64,000 nt of DNA from an uncultured Psychroserpens sp. Its GTDB lineage: Bacteria > Bacteroidota > Bacteroidia > Flavobacteriales > Flavobacteriaceae. How positions within the stretch are numbered: the stretch's first letter is position 1; each line of letters begins with the position of its first letter. Shown one piece after another: positions 30,451-40,694 of this stretch. The notes below the pieces were generated by a model. That model did no database searches. It had not been told where the DNA came from and saw only the letters and a list, made by a program, of their open reading frames with translations. Both the position numbers and the translations under genes were made by a program. The stretch lies in NCBI RefSeq assembly GCF_947492715.1, contig NZ_CANLNS010000007.1, forward strand, positions 140,591 through 204,590, written 5' to 3'.

Positions 30451-32920
30451 TCTAATTGCGATACTTTTACTATTACTAACAAGTTGTGAAGCAAAGCATG
30501 ATTTACCAATAGCTACCGCTTTGCAAGACAATTGGCAATTCAAAGCTGTAAATGATTCTATTTGGCATGTAGCAACAGTACCTGGAAATGTACATGCCGA
30601 TTTGCTAGACAACAAACTAATAGAACATCCTTTTATTGGTGCTAATGAAGACAGTCTACAATGGATTTCTGAAACGGATTGGGAATATAAAACTACATTT
30701 TCAGTCCCTAATGAAACACTTAGCAAAAAACACATAGCTCTAAATTTTGAAGGACTAGACACCTATGCATCAGTATTTCTAAATGATAGTTTAATTCTGA
30801 AAACGGATAATGCATTCCGAGCCTTTTCTGTAAATGTGAAATCGGTTTTAAAACCTCAAAATAAATTGCGAATTGTTTTTGAACACACGTCTATTTCCGA
30901 AGAACAAGAGAAAGCCAAATTAGGATATCAACTTCCTGAAGGCAATCGTATTTTTACCCGCAAAGCCCAGTTTCAATATGGCTGGGATTGGGGGCCAGAG
31001 TTAAATACAAGTGGCATTTGGCGCCCAATAATGTTGGAGACCTGGAATGATTTAAGACTAGAAGACTTAACCATAAAACAAAGGCTACTGAATGACTCGA
31101 TTGCAGACATGACGGCCACTTTTGATATTAAGTCTGAGGTGATTAAAGACAAAGAGCTAGTCTACGAAGTTTATGTAAATGATGTACTTCATACTACTTC
31201 TAAAGTGGTTCAAAAGGGACACACCAGAACGGTTCCTTTTCAAATAAAATCTCCAAAGCTGTGGTGGCCACATAATTTAGGAGATCCATATTTGTATACT
31301 ATAAAGATGGTCTTAAAGAGAAACAACAGCATTATTGATAGTGTTTCTATAAAAAAAGGACTTAGAACTATTGCCTTAGTTACTGAAAATGACACCAGAG
31401 GAGAATCTTTTTATTTTAAAGTCAATGGCGTTCCTGTATACATGAAAGGCGCTAATTATATTCCACAAAACAGCATGCAAAATAAAGTGACTGATGCGCA
31501 TTACGAAAAACTTCTAGATGACGTCGTTGATGCCAACATGAATATGCTTAGAGTTTGGGGAGGTGGTATTTATGAAAATGACATTTTTTATGATTTATGT
31601 GACGAAAAAGGTATTCTTATTTGGCAGGATTTCATGTTTGCTTGCGCCATGTATCCAGGAGATCAATCATTTCTTGAAAACGTTCAAGACGAAGCTACTC
31701 AAAATATCAAACGACTTCGTAATCATGCTTCCATTGCCTTATGGTGTGGAAATAACGAAAACTCTGAAGGCTGGCATCGCTGGGGATGGCAAGCCAACAG
31801 AAGTGATGAAGAAAAAGATGAGATTTGGAACAATTATTTAAAGGTATTTGACTCTATTCTCCCTAAAACAGTTAATGAATTTACTGACGCACCCTATTGG
31901 GAATCTTCGCCAAAATATGGTCGTGGCAATCCAAAATATCAATTTGAAGGTGATGCCCACGATTGGTGGATTTGGCATGACGCTTACCCTTTTGAACATT
32001 TAGAAGACAACGTTCCTCGTTTTATGAGTGAATTTGGATTTCAAGCCTTTCCTAGCTATGAAGCCATCCGTTACATCAATCAAAGTGATTCTTTAGAAAT
32101 TACTTCGGAAGGATTTAAAAATCATCAAAAACACGTGCGCGGATTTCAACTCATTGACGCCTACATGAAACGCGATTTTCCAGTGCCTGATACGGCAGAA
32201 GATTACATTTATCTGAGCCAAATACTTCAAGCCTATGGTATCACTAAAGGTATTGAAGCGCATCGCAGAGCCAAACCTTATAACATGGGAACCTTATATT
32301 GGCAACTTAACGATTGTTGGCCGTCTGTATCTTGGTCTAGTATAGATTTCTTCGGAAATTGGAAAGCCCTGCATTATAAGGCAAAAACATCATTTGAAAA
32401 TGTCCTCATATCTAATACAGTAGAAAATGACACATTAAAAACTTACGGCATAAACGATAGTCTCACGGGTTTTGATGACACCTTCACCTATATCATCACA
32501 GATTTTGACGGGAAGGTTATGGGAACTGGAACTACCATGAATACACAATTAAATGCCAATTCAAGTCAGTTAATTCATACGTTAGATGTAGCAAACCTTA
32601 ACATAAACAAGGACGAAGTTGTTGTTGCAACTATGTTTGCTAATTTCCACTCTTACGCTTACCTGGTTAAACCAAAAGATTTAAAACTAAAAAAGGGGGC
32701 TATCAAAAAAACAATTTCAAAAACCTCTAACGGATTTGAAATCAAATTAGAAAGTACAACGCTACAAAAAGATGTGTTCCTTTATACAAAAAGCAAAGGC
32801 CACTTTAGCGATAATTATTTTGACCTCATGCCAAACGAGACGATTATCATTGAATTCAAAACTCAGGAAGGTTCTCTAGACGATTTAAAAATAAAAACAC
32901 TTAATGATCTAATGGATTAA
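30440..32920 (+). CDS. GH2 beta-mannosidase
   Basis: Lipoprotein signal LLLLTSC. WQDFMFACAMYP, CGNNENSEGW and SEFGFQAFP motifs, with the ~825-aa beta-mannosidase layout. Confidence 0.85.
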   Translation: MKYSLIAILLLLLTSCEAKHDLPIATALQDNWQFKAVNDSIWHVATVPGNVHADLLDNKLIEHPFIGANEDSLQWISETDWEYKTTFSVPNETLSKKHIALNFEGLDTYASVFLNDSLILKTDNAFRAFSVNVKSVLKPQNKLRIVFEHTSISEEQEKAKLGYQLPEGNRIFTRKAQFQYGWDWGPELNTSGIWRPIMLETWNDLRLEDLTIKQRLLNDSIADMTATFDIKSEVIKDKELVYEVYVNDVLHTTSKVVQKGHTRTVPFQIKSPKLWWPHNLGDPYLYTIKMVLKRNNSIIDSVSIKKGLRTIALVTENDTRGESFYFKVNGVPVYMKGANYIPQNSMQNKVTDAHYEKLLDDVVDANMNMLRVWGGGIYENDIFYDLCDEKGILIWQDFMFACAMYPGDQSFLENVQDEATQNIKRLRNHASIALWCGNNENSEGWHRWGWQANRSDEEKDEIWNNYLKVFDSILPKTVNEFTDAPYWESSPKYGRGNPKYQFEGDAHDWWIWHDAYPFEHLEDNVPRFMSEFGFQAFPSYEAIRYINQSDSLEITSEGFKNHQKHVRGFQLIDAYMKRDFPVPDTAEDYIYLSQILQAYGITKGIEAHRRAKPYNMGTLYWQLNDCWPSVSWSSIDFFGNWKALHYKAKTSFENVLISNTVENDTLKTYGINDSLTGFDDTFTYIITDFDGKVMGTGTTMNTQLNANSSQLIHTLDVANLNINKDEVVVATMFANFHSYAYLVKPKDLKLKKGAIKKTISKTSNGFEIKLESTTLQKDVFLYTKSKGHFSDNYFDLMPNETIIIEFKTQEGSLDDLKIKTLNDLMD

Positions 32921-33778
32921 TTATTTGACACCTCTAATCATCCTATCTTTACCAGAAAGATCTTTTTTAAGCGTTACATTCTTAAAATTAAAACTGTGCA
33001 TAAGATCAATCATTTCTTTTCCTAAATATTCATTGATTTCAAAATACAAAACACCATTATGCTTTAGGTGGTCTTGAGCAAATTCGCAAATCGCTCTGTA
33101 GAATTGTAGCGGATTTTCATCATCTACAAACAAGGCCAAATGCGGTTCGTTAAGCAGTACATTCGGTTTTATCTCTTTCTTTTCAAGATGTCTAACGTAT
33201 GGCGGATTAGAAACGATAACATCAAACACCTGCGACGTCGATACAAGATTTGGATGATTTGGTTTTAAAATAGAATCATGAATAAACTCCAGGTCAACAT
33301 CATTTAGTTTGGCATTGCGTTTTGCCACAACCAATGCATCTTCTGAAATATCTAAAGCAAAAACCACACTGTTCTTAAGATGCTTGGCCAATGAAATAGC
33401 AATACAACCCGTTCCTGTTCCAATGTCTAATATCTGATAAGATTGATCCTTTACCTCATCAATAACTAAGGCCACCAGCTCCTCTGTTTCAGGACGTGGT
33501 ATTAAAGTATGCTTATTAACTTCAAATGGTAACCCAAAAAACTCGGTCTCTCTTAATATATACTGAATTGGCTGTTCTAACTTTAAGGCACTTAACGTTT
33601 CAAAAAGCGGTTGCTCTTCTATTTTAGAAAGCGCATATTCTGGTTCTACCATTAAATGTATCTTATCTAACTGCAAATAATGAGCAATTGCTAGATAAAA
33701 AAACGAATCCACCTCATCTTTTCCATAGAGCACATCTAACTCCTTATGATACAAACCTTGGATATCTTTTAATCTCAT
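32921..33778 (-). CDS. prmC: peptide chain release factor N5-glutamine methyltransferase
   Basis: ILDIGTGTGCIAI SAM motif and the NPPY catalytic motif. Confidence 0.9.
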   Translation of the reverse strand: MRLKDIQGLYHKELDVLYGKDEVDSFFYLAIAHYLQLDKIHLMVEPEYALSKIEEQPLFETLSALKLEQPIQYILRETEFFGLPFEVNKHTLIPRPETEELVALVIDEVKDQSYQILDIGTGTGCIAISLAKHLKNSVVFALDISEDALVVAKRNAKLNDVDLEFIHDSILKPNHPNLVSTSQVFDVIVSNPPYVRHLEKKEIKPNVLLNEPHLALFVDDENPLQFYRAICEFAQDHLKHNGVLYFEINEYLGKEMIDLMHSFNFKNVTLKKDLSGKDRMIRGVK

Positions 33779-34287
33779 AGCGATTTAGTCATCCAAACAC
33801 CACATGAATAATGTCCAGTATTCCCTAAAGGTTCTGTTCTATGCTTAAATCCATTCTGTTCATAAATATGAATAGCCGCTTTAAGTTGCGATGCCGATTC
33901 TAAATAACACGTTTCAAAACCAAAATTCTTAGCCGCATCAAGACATTTGGTAAACATAGCTTTACCAAAACCTTTGCCTCTTACTTTGGGGGAGAAATAC
34001 ATTTTTTGAAGTTCACAGACATTACCATCAAAATCTTTTAAAGGCTTTATGCCTCCTCCACCTAAAATCTCATCCCCATTTGCTAAAACAAAATAAACCT
34101 CTTTATCGCCTTGGTAAGACTCATACATAAAGGGTGTTTCGGCATCTTCATAAGCCGTTCCCTTTAAAGGAATTTTAAACTCTGGGAAGCAAGCTTTAAT
34201 TATAGCTTCTATTTGCGCATTGTCCTCAGGACGAATTTCTCTAATAATGATATTATCTTGACTCACTTTATTATAGTATTTTTGCAT
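33775..34287 (-). CDS. GNAT family N-acetyltransferase
   Basis: QKMYFSPKVRGKGFGKAM acetyl-CoA-binding motif. Confidence 0.8.
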   Translation of the reverse strand: MQKYYNKVSQDNIIIREIRPEDNAQIEAIIKACFPEFKIPLKGTAYEDAETPFMYESYQGDKEVYFVLANGDEILGGGGIKPLKDFDGNVCELQKMYFSPKVRGKGFGKAMFTKCLDAAKNFGFETCYLESASQLKAAIHIYEQNGFKHRTEPLGNTGHYSCGVWMTKSL

Positions 34288-34330
34288 TCTAATTTCGGTA
34301 TGAAGATACTGATAAATCTATTTTAAAAAG

Positions 34331-34795
34331 ATGAGAAATTTCATTTTATTATTAACAACAGCCCTAGTTTTCCATAGTTGTAGTGTTAAGGAAAAGCCGT
34401 TATTTATTGCTGTTGAAGATATCAAACTTGATGAATCTACCTCAAAAACAATAACCCTTAAAGCTAATGCCATTTTTCAAAACCCTAATGATGTAGGTGG
34501 CCGATTAGAAAGTGATAACATTTCAGTATATATCAATGATATTAAAGTGGCTCATGTCTCTTCTGAAAGTTTTAAAGTTCCTGCGAAAAAAGAATTTACA
34601 GTACCATTAAAAGTTAAAGTAAGTACCGATAGTATTCTGAAAGGTGACAATAAAAATATCTTAGGTAGTATATTAAGTAGTGTTATTAACAAAAAAATTA
34701 AAGTACAATATAAGGGAGAGATTGTTTATAAAACACTTGGGTTTTCATATACATACCCTGTAGACGAAACTGAAATGGTTAAGATAAAATTTTAA
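34331..34795 (+). CDS. lipoprotein, LEA-2/Hin1-like (weak call)
   Basis: Lipoprotein signal LLLTTALVFHSC. The beta-rich 154-aa body resembles LEA type 2 domains. Confidence 0.5.
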   Translation: MRNFILLLTTALVFHSCSVKEKPLFIAVEDIKLDESTSKTITLKANAIFQNPNDVGGRLESDNISVYINDIKVAHVSSESFKVPAKKEFTVPLKVKVSTDSILKGDNKNILGSILSSVINKKIKVQYKGEIVYKTLGFSYTYPVDETEMVKIKF

Positions 34796-35019
34796 TTTTC
34801 TTTTTTGAAGAACTTGTTTTTAATTAAAAGGAGTATATCTGAAACCAAATACACTAAAACGATAATAATACCTATAACACCAAGGATTTTGGCTCTAGGT
34901 TCATAGATAGGATTAGCGTAATTTGATGTTTCGAAACTCATTTTATATCCAAGAAAAATTAGAAACAAACAAAACGGATAAGTAATTAAGCGTATTAAGA
35001 CGTTTTTAATCATAAACAA
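34792..35019 (-). CDS. small two-helix membrane protein (hypothetical)
   Basis: 75-aa ORF with two clear hydrophobic helices that fills an otherwise empty gap. No homology recognised. Confidence 0.35.
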   Translation of the reverse strand: MFMIKNVLIRLITYPFCLFLIFLGYKMSFETSNYANPIYEPRAKILGVIGIIIVLVYLVSDILLLIKNKFFKKEN

Positions 35020-35040
35020 ATATAAACATCTAAACTAAAT

Positions 35041-36045
35041 TTGACTACCAGCGAAACCTATATAAAACGATGCATTACCATTGCAAAAAACGGTTTAGGC
35101 ACTACTGCTCCAAATCCGATGGTAGGTTGCGTAATTGTTCATGAAAATCAAATTATAGGAGAAGGTTTCACAAGTGCTTATGGTGGCGCACATGCCGAGG
35201 TAAACGCTATAAACTCAGTAAAGGATAAAAATTTACTTCAAAAAGCGACCTTATATGTAACGCTCGAGCCTTGTTCTCATTTTGGAAAGACACCTCCTTG
35301 TAGCAATCTTATTATTGAACATCGTATTCCAAATGTTGTCATTGGAACTATGGATGATAACACGCAAGTTGCAGGACAGGGAATTGCTAAACTGAAAGCC
35401 GCAGGGTGTCATGTAACAGTAGGCGTTTTGGAACAGGCATGTAAAATGCATCACAAACGTTTTTTTACATTTCACAATAAAAAACGCCCCTATATTATTT
35501 TAAAATGGGCAGAATCTAAAGATGGTTTTATTGCGCCAAAGTCTAAAACAAAGAAAGCGCCAATCTGGATCACTAATCGATATTCGAGACAATTAGTACA
35601 TAAATGGCGTGCTGAAGAGCAAGCAATTTTAGTTGGAACGCATACAGTACTGGAAGACAATCCAAGTTTAACCGTTAGAGATTGGACTGGATTACATCCC
35701 ATTCGTGTAGTTATTGATCGCACTCAAAAACTCTCTAAGGATCACTCCATATTTAATTTAGAAAGTGAAACAATAATCATTTCAGAAGACAATACAGATT
35801 TCAATAAATCCATTCCTCCACAAATAGGAACCATTTTACATTCAAAAGCTATTAATTCTGTTATCATTGAAGGTGGAGCGCAAACGCTTCAATCTTTTAT
35901 TGATAGCAATCTTTGGGACGAAGCTCGAGTTTTTACAGGTACAATCCATTTTAGTGAAGGTGTTAAAGCGCCACATTTTTCTGGACATCTCATTTCCGAA
36001 GAACATATAATGACTGATACATTAAAAATTTATGTCAACAATTAA
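35041..36045 (+). CDS. ribD: bifunctional riboflavin biosynthesis deaminase/reductase
   Basis: HAEVNAI and TLEPCSHFGKTPPC zinc-deaminase motifs plus a C-terminal reductase domain. TTG start at 35041. Confidence 0.9.
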   Translation: MTTSETYIKRCITIAKNGLGTTAPNPMVGCVIVHENQIIGEGFTSAYGGAHAEVNAINSVKDKNLLQKATLYVTLEPCSHFGKTPPCSNLIIEHRIPNVVIGTMDDNTQVAGQGIAKLKAAGCHVTVGVLEQACKMHHKRFFTFHNKKRPYIILKWAESKDGFIAPKSKTKKAPIWITNRYSRQLVHKWRAEEQAILVGTHTVLEDNPSLTVRDWTGLHPIRVVIDRTQKLSKDHSIFNLESETIIISEDNTDFNKSIPPQIGTILHSKAINSVIIEGGAQTLQSFIDSNLWDEARVFTGTIHFSEGVKAPHFSGHLISEEHIMTDTLKIYVNN

Positions 36046-36649
36046 AACTATTATTTTCGATTTTGGTGACGTGTTCATTAATTTAGATAAACAGGGTGCC
36101 ATACAAAATGCATTAGACTTATTTGGCTTAAATGAACTTCCAGAAGACCTTGTAGCCATAAACACCTTATACGAACAAGGTTTAATGTCAACCTCAGAAT
36201 TTCTTGGGTTTTATGAAGAAAACTTTCCTTCTCTGTCTAAAAGAGACATTACGAATGCCTGGAATTTTATTCTTAAAGACTTCCCTGTGAAACGGTTGGA
36301 ATTCATTAAAACATTAGCAAAGGAAGGTAGATACAACCTCATTTTATTAAGTAACACAAATGAATTGCATATCAATTGGATAAAAAAACATGTGGCGTTT
36401 TACGAAGAATTTAGAGCTTGTTTTAACAAGTTTTATCTATCACATGAAATCAATCTAAGAAAACCAAATTCAAATATCTATGAGTTTGTTTTAACAGAAA
36501 ACAACTTAAAAGCCGAAAACTGCTTCTTCATTGATGACACTAAAGACAATACAGAGGCAGCAACAGTTCTAGGAATTCATGTTTGGAATATAGATGAAAC
36601 TAAAGAAGATGTTATAGACCTTTTCACTATAAACAAAAGCATATTTTGA
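36032..36649 (+). CDS. HAD-superfamily hydrolase
   Basis: IIFDFGDV (DxD motif I), LLSNTN (motif II) and FIDD (motif IV). Confidence 0.75.
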   Translation: MSTIKTIIFDFGDVFINLDKQGAIQNALDLFGLNELPEDLVAINTLYEQGLMSTSEFLGFYEENFPSLSKRDITNAWNFILKDFPVKRLEFIKTLAKEGRYNLILLSNTNELHINWIKKHVAFYEEFRACFNKFYLSHEINLRKPNSNIYEFVLTENNLKAENCFFIDDTKDNTEAATVLGIHVWNIDETKEDVIDLFTINKSIF

Positions 36650-37509
36650 TTTATCTCTTATTAAGCATAGCGGCATCCACTTGTATTTTTATCATATTTA
36701 AACTCTTTAATAAATATGGTATAGACACCCTTCAAGGGATTGTTGTAAATTATTTAACGGCATGTTTATTTGGATTGTGGATTTATGATGAGCCCATCGT
36801 TGTTAACGACATCGTTAATGCCCCATGGATCTATGGAGCCATTGGTCTAGGGTTTTTGTTTATTGGTGTCTTTACAGTCATGGCATTAACGGCACAGCGT
36901 AACGGGCTTTCTGTAGCATCAGTTGCTTCAAAAATGAGTGTCATTATCCCTGTAATTTTTGGTATATATATGTATAATGAAGGTATCGGGTTTCAAAAAA
37001 TAATGGGTATTGTTCTAGCGCTTGTTGCGGTTTATCTAGCCTCAATAAAACCTAAAAACTCTGGCAACATCACGAAAGGACTGTGGCTACCTATTTTGTT
37101 GTTTTTTGGTACTGGTACCATTGATACTTCCATTAAATACATAGAGACCGCTTATTTACCAGAAAATGGTATTCCTATTTTTTCGGCAACCGTTTTTGCC
37201 TTCGCTTTTACAATTGGACTAACATTATTAATAGTTAAAGCTATAAAAAGGTCGTATAAATTTCCTATCAAAGCCATTATTGGTGGTGCCATTTTAGGGA
37301 TTATCAATTACTTCTCCATTTATTATTTGCTTAAAGCACTTAACCACGACAACTTAGAAAGCTCAACTTTATTTACAATTAATAATGTGGCCATTGTTAT
37401 GGTGTCAACACTTTTAGGTGTCATTTTGTTTAAAGAAAAAATCTCTAAAAAGAACTGGATTGGAATTGCAATTGCAATTATATCTATAGTAATAGTAACT
37501 TTGTCATAA
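36646..37509 (+). CDS. DMT/EamA-like 10-helix membrane transporter
   Basis: 287 aa of two similar five-helix halves. TTG start overlaps the upstream stop. Confidence 0.5.
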   Translation: MIYLLLSIAASTCIFIIFKLFNKYGIDTLQGIVVNYLTACLFGLWIYDEPIVVNDIVNAPWIYGAIGLGFLFIGVFTVMALTAQRNGLSVASVASKMSVIIPVIFGIYMYNEGIGFQKIMGIVLALVAVYLASIKPKNSGNITKGLWLPILLFFGTGTIDTSIKYIETAYLPENGIPIFSATVFAFAFTIGLTLLIVKAIKRSYKFPIKAIIGGAILGIINYFSIYYLLKALNHDNLESSTLFTINNVAIVMVSTLLGVILFKEKISKKNWIGIAIAIISIVIVTLS

Positions 37510-38130
37510 ATGGAAAACAGCGACATTTACAAAACTATAACCAAAGCATCTCCTGAAGTTTTATTTAAAGACAGAAACAGCAAGTTTTATGGCTATGCAT
37601 TTCCCGTCACCACAGAAGATGACGTTAAAGACCATTTGAATGCGCTTAAAAAGAATCATCATCAGGCAAGGCATTGGTGCTATGCATATCAATTTGGTAT
37701 GCAAGAAAAAGACATTGTATTTAGAGCCAATGATGACGGAGAGCCCAATAATAGTGCAGGAATGCCTATTTATGGCCAAATCCAGTCTTTTGAAGTAACC
37801 AACATACTCATTGTAGTGGTTAGGTATTTTGGAGGTACCAAATTAGGTGTTGGAGGTTTAATTAACGCTTATAAAACTGGAGCCCAATTGGCGCTAGAAG
37901 CCGCCACAATTGTATCTAAAACAATAAATATTGAATATACTATCTCTTTTGATTATAAGAATATGAATAAAGTCATGAGAATTATAAAAGAGAAACATTT
38001 AAATGTTATAAATCAGACTCTAGAATTGAGTTGTAAAATTATAATCTCGGTAAGATTAAAAGACGCACCTTCAATTTTCGAAATTTTTGACAACTTATAT
38101 GAGGTTAATATAAAGAAGTTGAACGATTAA
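37510..38130 (+). CDS. YigZ/IMPACT-family protein
   Basis: SKFYGYAFPV, ARHWCYAY and DDGEPNNSAGMPI motifs. Confidence 0.8.
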   Translation: MENSDIYKTITKASPEVLFKDRNSKFYGYAFPVTTEDDVKDHLNALKKNHHQARHWCYAYQFGMQEKDIVFRANDDGEPNNSAGMPIYGQIQSFEVTNILIVVVRYFGGTKLGVGGLINAYKTGAQLALEAATIVSKTINIEYTISFDYKNMNKVMRIIKEKHLNVINQTLELSCKIIISVRLKDAPSIFEIFDNLYEVNIKKLND

Positions 38131-38537
38131 ATATGCAGTTTGTCTAAAATATAATCTGGACATCTTGTAGGCCGATTCTTATGAATATCCATAAATACCA
38201 AAACAGAATTTCCTGTTGTTAAAATTTCATCATTTTCATTTAAGATTTCATAATCAAATTCAATTTTGGCAGTTGGCTTTTTTACGAGTTTAGTTTTTAC
38301 TTTAATGAGGTCGTCATAACACGCTGACTTTTTGTAATTTATACTTAATGAAATTACTGGCAACATGACACCACTCTCCTCCATCTCCTTATAGGAAAAC
38401 CCCATTTTTCGTAACCACTCGGTTCTTCCCATTTCAAAATATTGTGCATAATTACCGTGGTACACAACTCCCATTTGATCTGTTTCTCCATAACGTACTC
38501 TAAATTGAATTTCATCAGATTTGGAAAGATCCTCCAT
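38127..38537 (-). CDS. acyl-CoA thioesterase, 4HBT/YbgC hotdog family
   Basis: FRVRYGETDQMGVVYHGNY hotdog catalytic region. Confidence 0.8.
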   Translation of the reverse strand: MEDLSKSDEIQFRVRYGETDQMGVVYHGNYAQYFEMGRTEWLRKMGFSYKEMEESGVMLPVISLSINYKKSACYDDLIKVKTKLVKKPTAKIEFDYEILNENDEILTTGNSVLVFMDIHKNRPTRCPDYILDKLHI

Positions 38538-38664
38538 AGTTTTTGATATTTTTTTTGTATTTTCGAACCGATTTAAACATGAGAAAAAAATTCTAGAAAA
38601 TCAATACATTTTGATTTTTTTATTAAAAAATTTGTTCACATATTTGTCATGTAAAAATTATACC

Positions 38665-38691
38665 AGAGAAACTCGAATTTCTCTTTTTTTT
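38665..38691 (+). other. terminator-like hairpin plus T-run in the dnaA upstream region
   Basis: agagaaa-ctcgaa-tttctct followed by ttttttt. There is no upstream + strand gene for it to terminate. Confidence 0.4.
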
Positions 38692-38727
38692 GCTAACTAA
38701 CTAACAACACAAAAATTAACTTAGAGA

Positions 38728-40155
38728 ATGGATATAACTGCGCAATCGGTTTGGACTAACTGTCTCTCATTTATAAAAGACAACATACAACCTCAAGCCT
38801 ACAAAACATGGTTTGAGCCTATAGTAGCAGTTAAGCTTACCGATAATGCTTTAAGTATTCAAGTACCTAGTAAATTTTTCTACGAATGGTTAGAAGAACA
38901 CTACGTAAAGATTTTAAAAGTTGCTCTTACTAAACAATTAGGTGAAACTGCCAAATTAGTTTATGTCATTAAAATGGAAAACACCTATGGCAACAAACAA
39001 CCTTTTACAGAAAAAATTCCTAGTTCTAATCGTGGAGCCTTAAAATCTCAAGATGTAGATGTTCCTTTAAACAACAAAAATCCTGAGCTTAAGAACCCCT
39101 TCGTAATTCCAGGAATTAGAAATGTAAAAATCGAATCTCAGCTAAATCCAAACTATAGTTTTGAAAACTTCTTAGAAGGTGATTCTAATCGTTTGGCTAG
39201 AAACGCTGGCTTGGCTGTAGCAAATAAACCTGGTGGAACCTCTTTCAATCCTTTATTAATATTTGGAGGTGTTGGCTTAGGAAAAACACATTTAGCTCAT
39301 GCTATTGGTGTTGATATAAAAGATAAGTATCCAGAAAAAACAGTACTATATATCTCTGCTGAAAAATTCACACAACAGTATATAGACTCTGTTAAAAAGA
39401 ATAATAGAAACGACTTTATTCACTTCTATCAAATTATTGATGTTTTGATTATTGATGATGTTCAATTCTTATCAGGAAAATCTGGAACCCAAGATGTGTT
39501 CTTTCATATTTTTAATCACTTACACCAAAACGGAAAACAAGTTATTCTAACTAGTGACAAAGCACCTGTTGACATGCAGGATATTGAACAACGTCTACTG
39601 TCTCGTTTTAAATGGGGACTTTCAGCCGAACTTCAAAGTCCAGATTTTGAAACACGTGTTTCTATACTTAAGAACAAATTATATCGCGATGGTGTAGAAA
39701 TGCCAGAAGAAATTGTAGAGTATGTTGCGAAACATATCAAAACCAATGTTCGCGAATTAGAAGGTGCTATTATTTCTTTAATTGCACAATCCTCTTTCAA
39801 CAAAAAGGAAATTACGGTTAACCTTGCCAAAGAGATTGTTGAAAAATTTGTTAAAAACACTAAACGTGAGGTCTCTATAGATTATATCCAAAAAGTAGTA
39901 TCAGACTATTTCCAAATGGATGTTAGTACGCTTCAGTCTAAAACAAGAAAACGTCATATTGTACAAGCAAGACAGTTGGCTATGTTTTTTGCAAAGAAAT
40001 ACACCAAAGCATCTCTTGCTAGTATTGGTTCTCAAATAGGAAAACGAGATCATGCTACAGTACTACACGCTTGTAAAACTGTAGACAACTTATCATCTAC
40101 CGATAAACAATTTAGAAAATACGTAGAAGATTTGTCGAAGAAACTTTCTTTATAA
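38728..40155 (+). CDS. dnaA: chromosomal replication initiator protein DnaA
   Basis: GGVGLGKTHL Walker A, IIDDVQFL Walker B, NVRELEGA sensor region and a C-terminal DNA-binding helix region (RQLAMFFAKK...DHATVLHA). Confidence 0.97.
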   Translation: MDITAQSVWTNCLSFIKDNIQPQAYKTWFEPIVAVKLTDNALSIQVPSKFFYEWLEEHYVKILKVALTKQLGETAKLVYVIKMENTYGNKQPFTEKIPSSNRGALKSQDVDVPLNNKNPELKNPFVIPGIRNVKIESQLNPNYSFENFLEGDSNRLARNAGLAVANKPGGTSFNPLLIFGGVGLGKTHLAHAIGVDIKDKYPEKTVLYISAEKFTQQYIDSVKKNNRNDFIHFYQIIDVLIIDDVQFLSGKSGTQDVFFHIFNHLHQNGKQVILTSDKAPVDMQDIEQRLLSRFKWGLSAELQSPDFETRVSILKNKLYRDGVEMPEEIVEYVAKHIKTNVRELEGAIISLIAQSSFNKKEITVNLAKEIVEKFVKNTKREVSIDYIQKVVSDYFQMDVSTLQSKTRKRHIVQARQLAMFFAKKYTKASLASIGSQIGKRDHATVLHACKTVDNLSSTDKQFRKYVEDLSKKLSL

Positions 40156-40163
40156 ACATTACA

Positions 40164-40628
40164 ATGACTAGTATTTTAATGGTTTGCCTGGGGAATATTT
40201 GTCGTTCACCATTGGCACATGGCATATTAGAATCCAAATTACCTTCTGATAGATTTTATGTTGATTCCGCAGGAACAGCAGGTTATCATATTGGAGACCG
40301 TCCAGATCATCGTTCTATTGCAGTTGCAAAATCTCATAATGTGGATATTTCAAGGCAGCAGGCAAGGCAGTTTCAAACATCAGATTTTGATACCTTTGAC
40401 ATCATCTATGTTATGGATCATTCTAATTTTGAAAACGTAGTCAAACTTGCAAGACATACTAAGGATATAGCAAAAGTAAAGCTCATATTAGAAGTTAATC
40501 AATCGATTACCAATAAAAGAGTTCCAGACCCTTATTATGGTGAAATGTCAGATTTTGAACACGTATTTTCACTTCTAAATAATGCTTGTGATATCATTTC
40601 TAAAAAGCTAACGCGTAAGTCCTTGTAA
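40164..40628 (+). CDS. low-molecular-weight protein-tyrosine phosphatase
   Basis: VCLGNICRSP CX5R(S) active site and a DPYYG-type Asp loop. Confidence 0.9.
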   Translation: MTSILMVCLGNICRSPLAHGILESKLPSDRFYVDSAGTAGYHIGDRPDHRSIAVAKSHNVDISRQQARQFQTSDFDTFDIIYVMDHSNFENVVKLARHTKDIAKVKLILEVNQSITNKRVPDPYYGEMSDFEHVFSLLNNACDIISKKLTRKSL

Positions 40629-40694
40629 CGATTCTGTTAATAGACTCTTAATTTTTTTCGTATTTTGTAAAAAAATTCCTTAAAATCTAGAAAA

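Noticed and set aside
30424-30762. 112-aa minus-strand ORF, together with 44663-45001, 45462-45737, 35251-35723 and 40769-41215
   Set aside because: All are embedded antisense in confidently assigned genes (GH2, DUF2279/mltG, ribD, PQQ dehydrogenase).
38538-38727. Declaring this spacer to be oriC
   Set aside because: I found no consensus TTATCCACA box or cluster of boxes, only one two-mismatch box. It is kept as a hypothesis in the findings, not as a feature.
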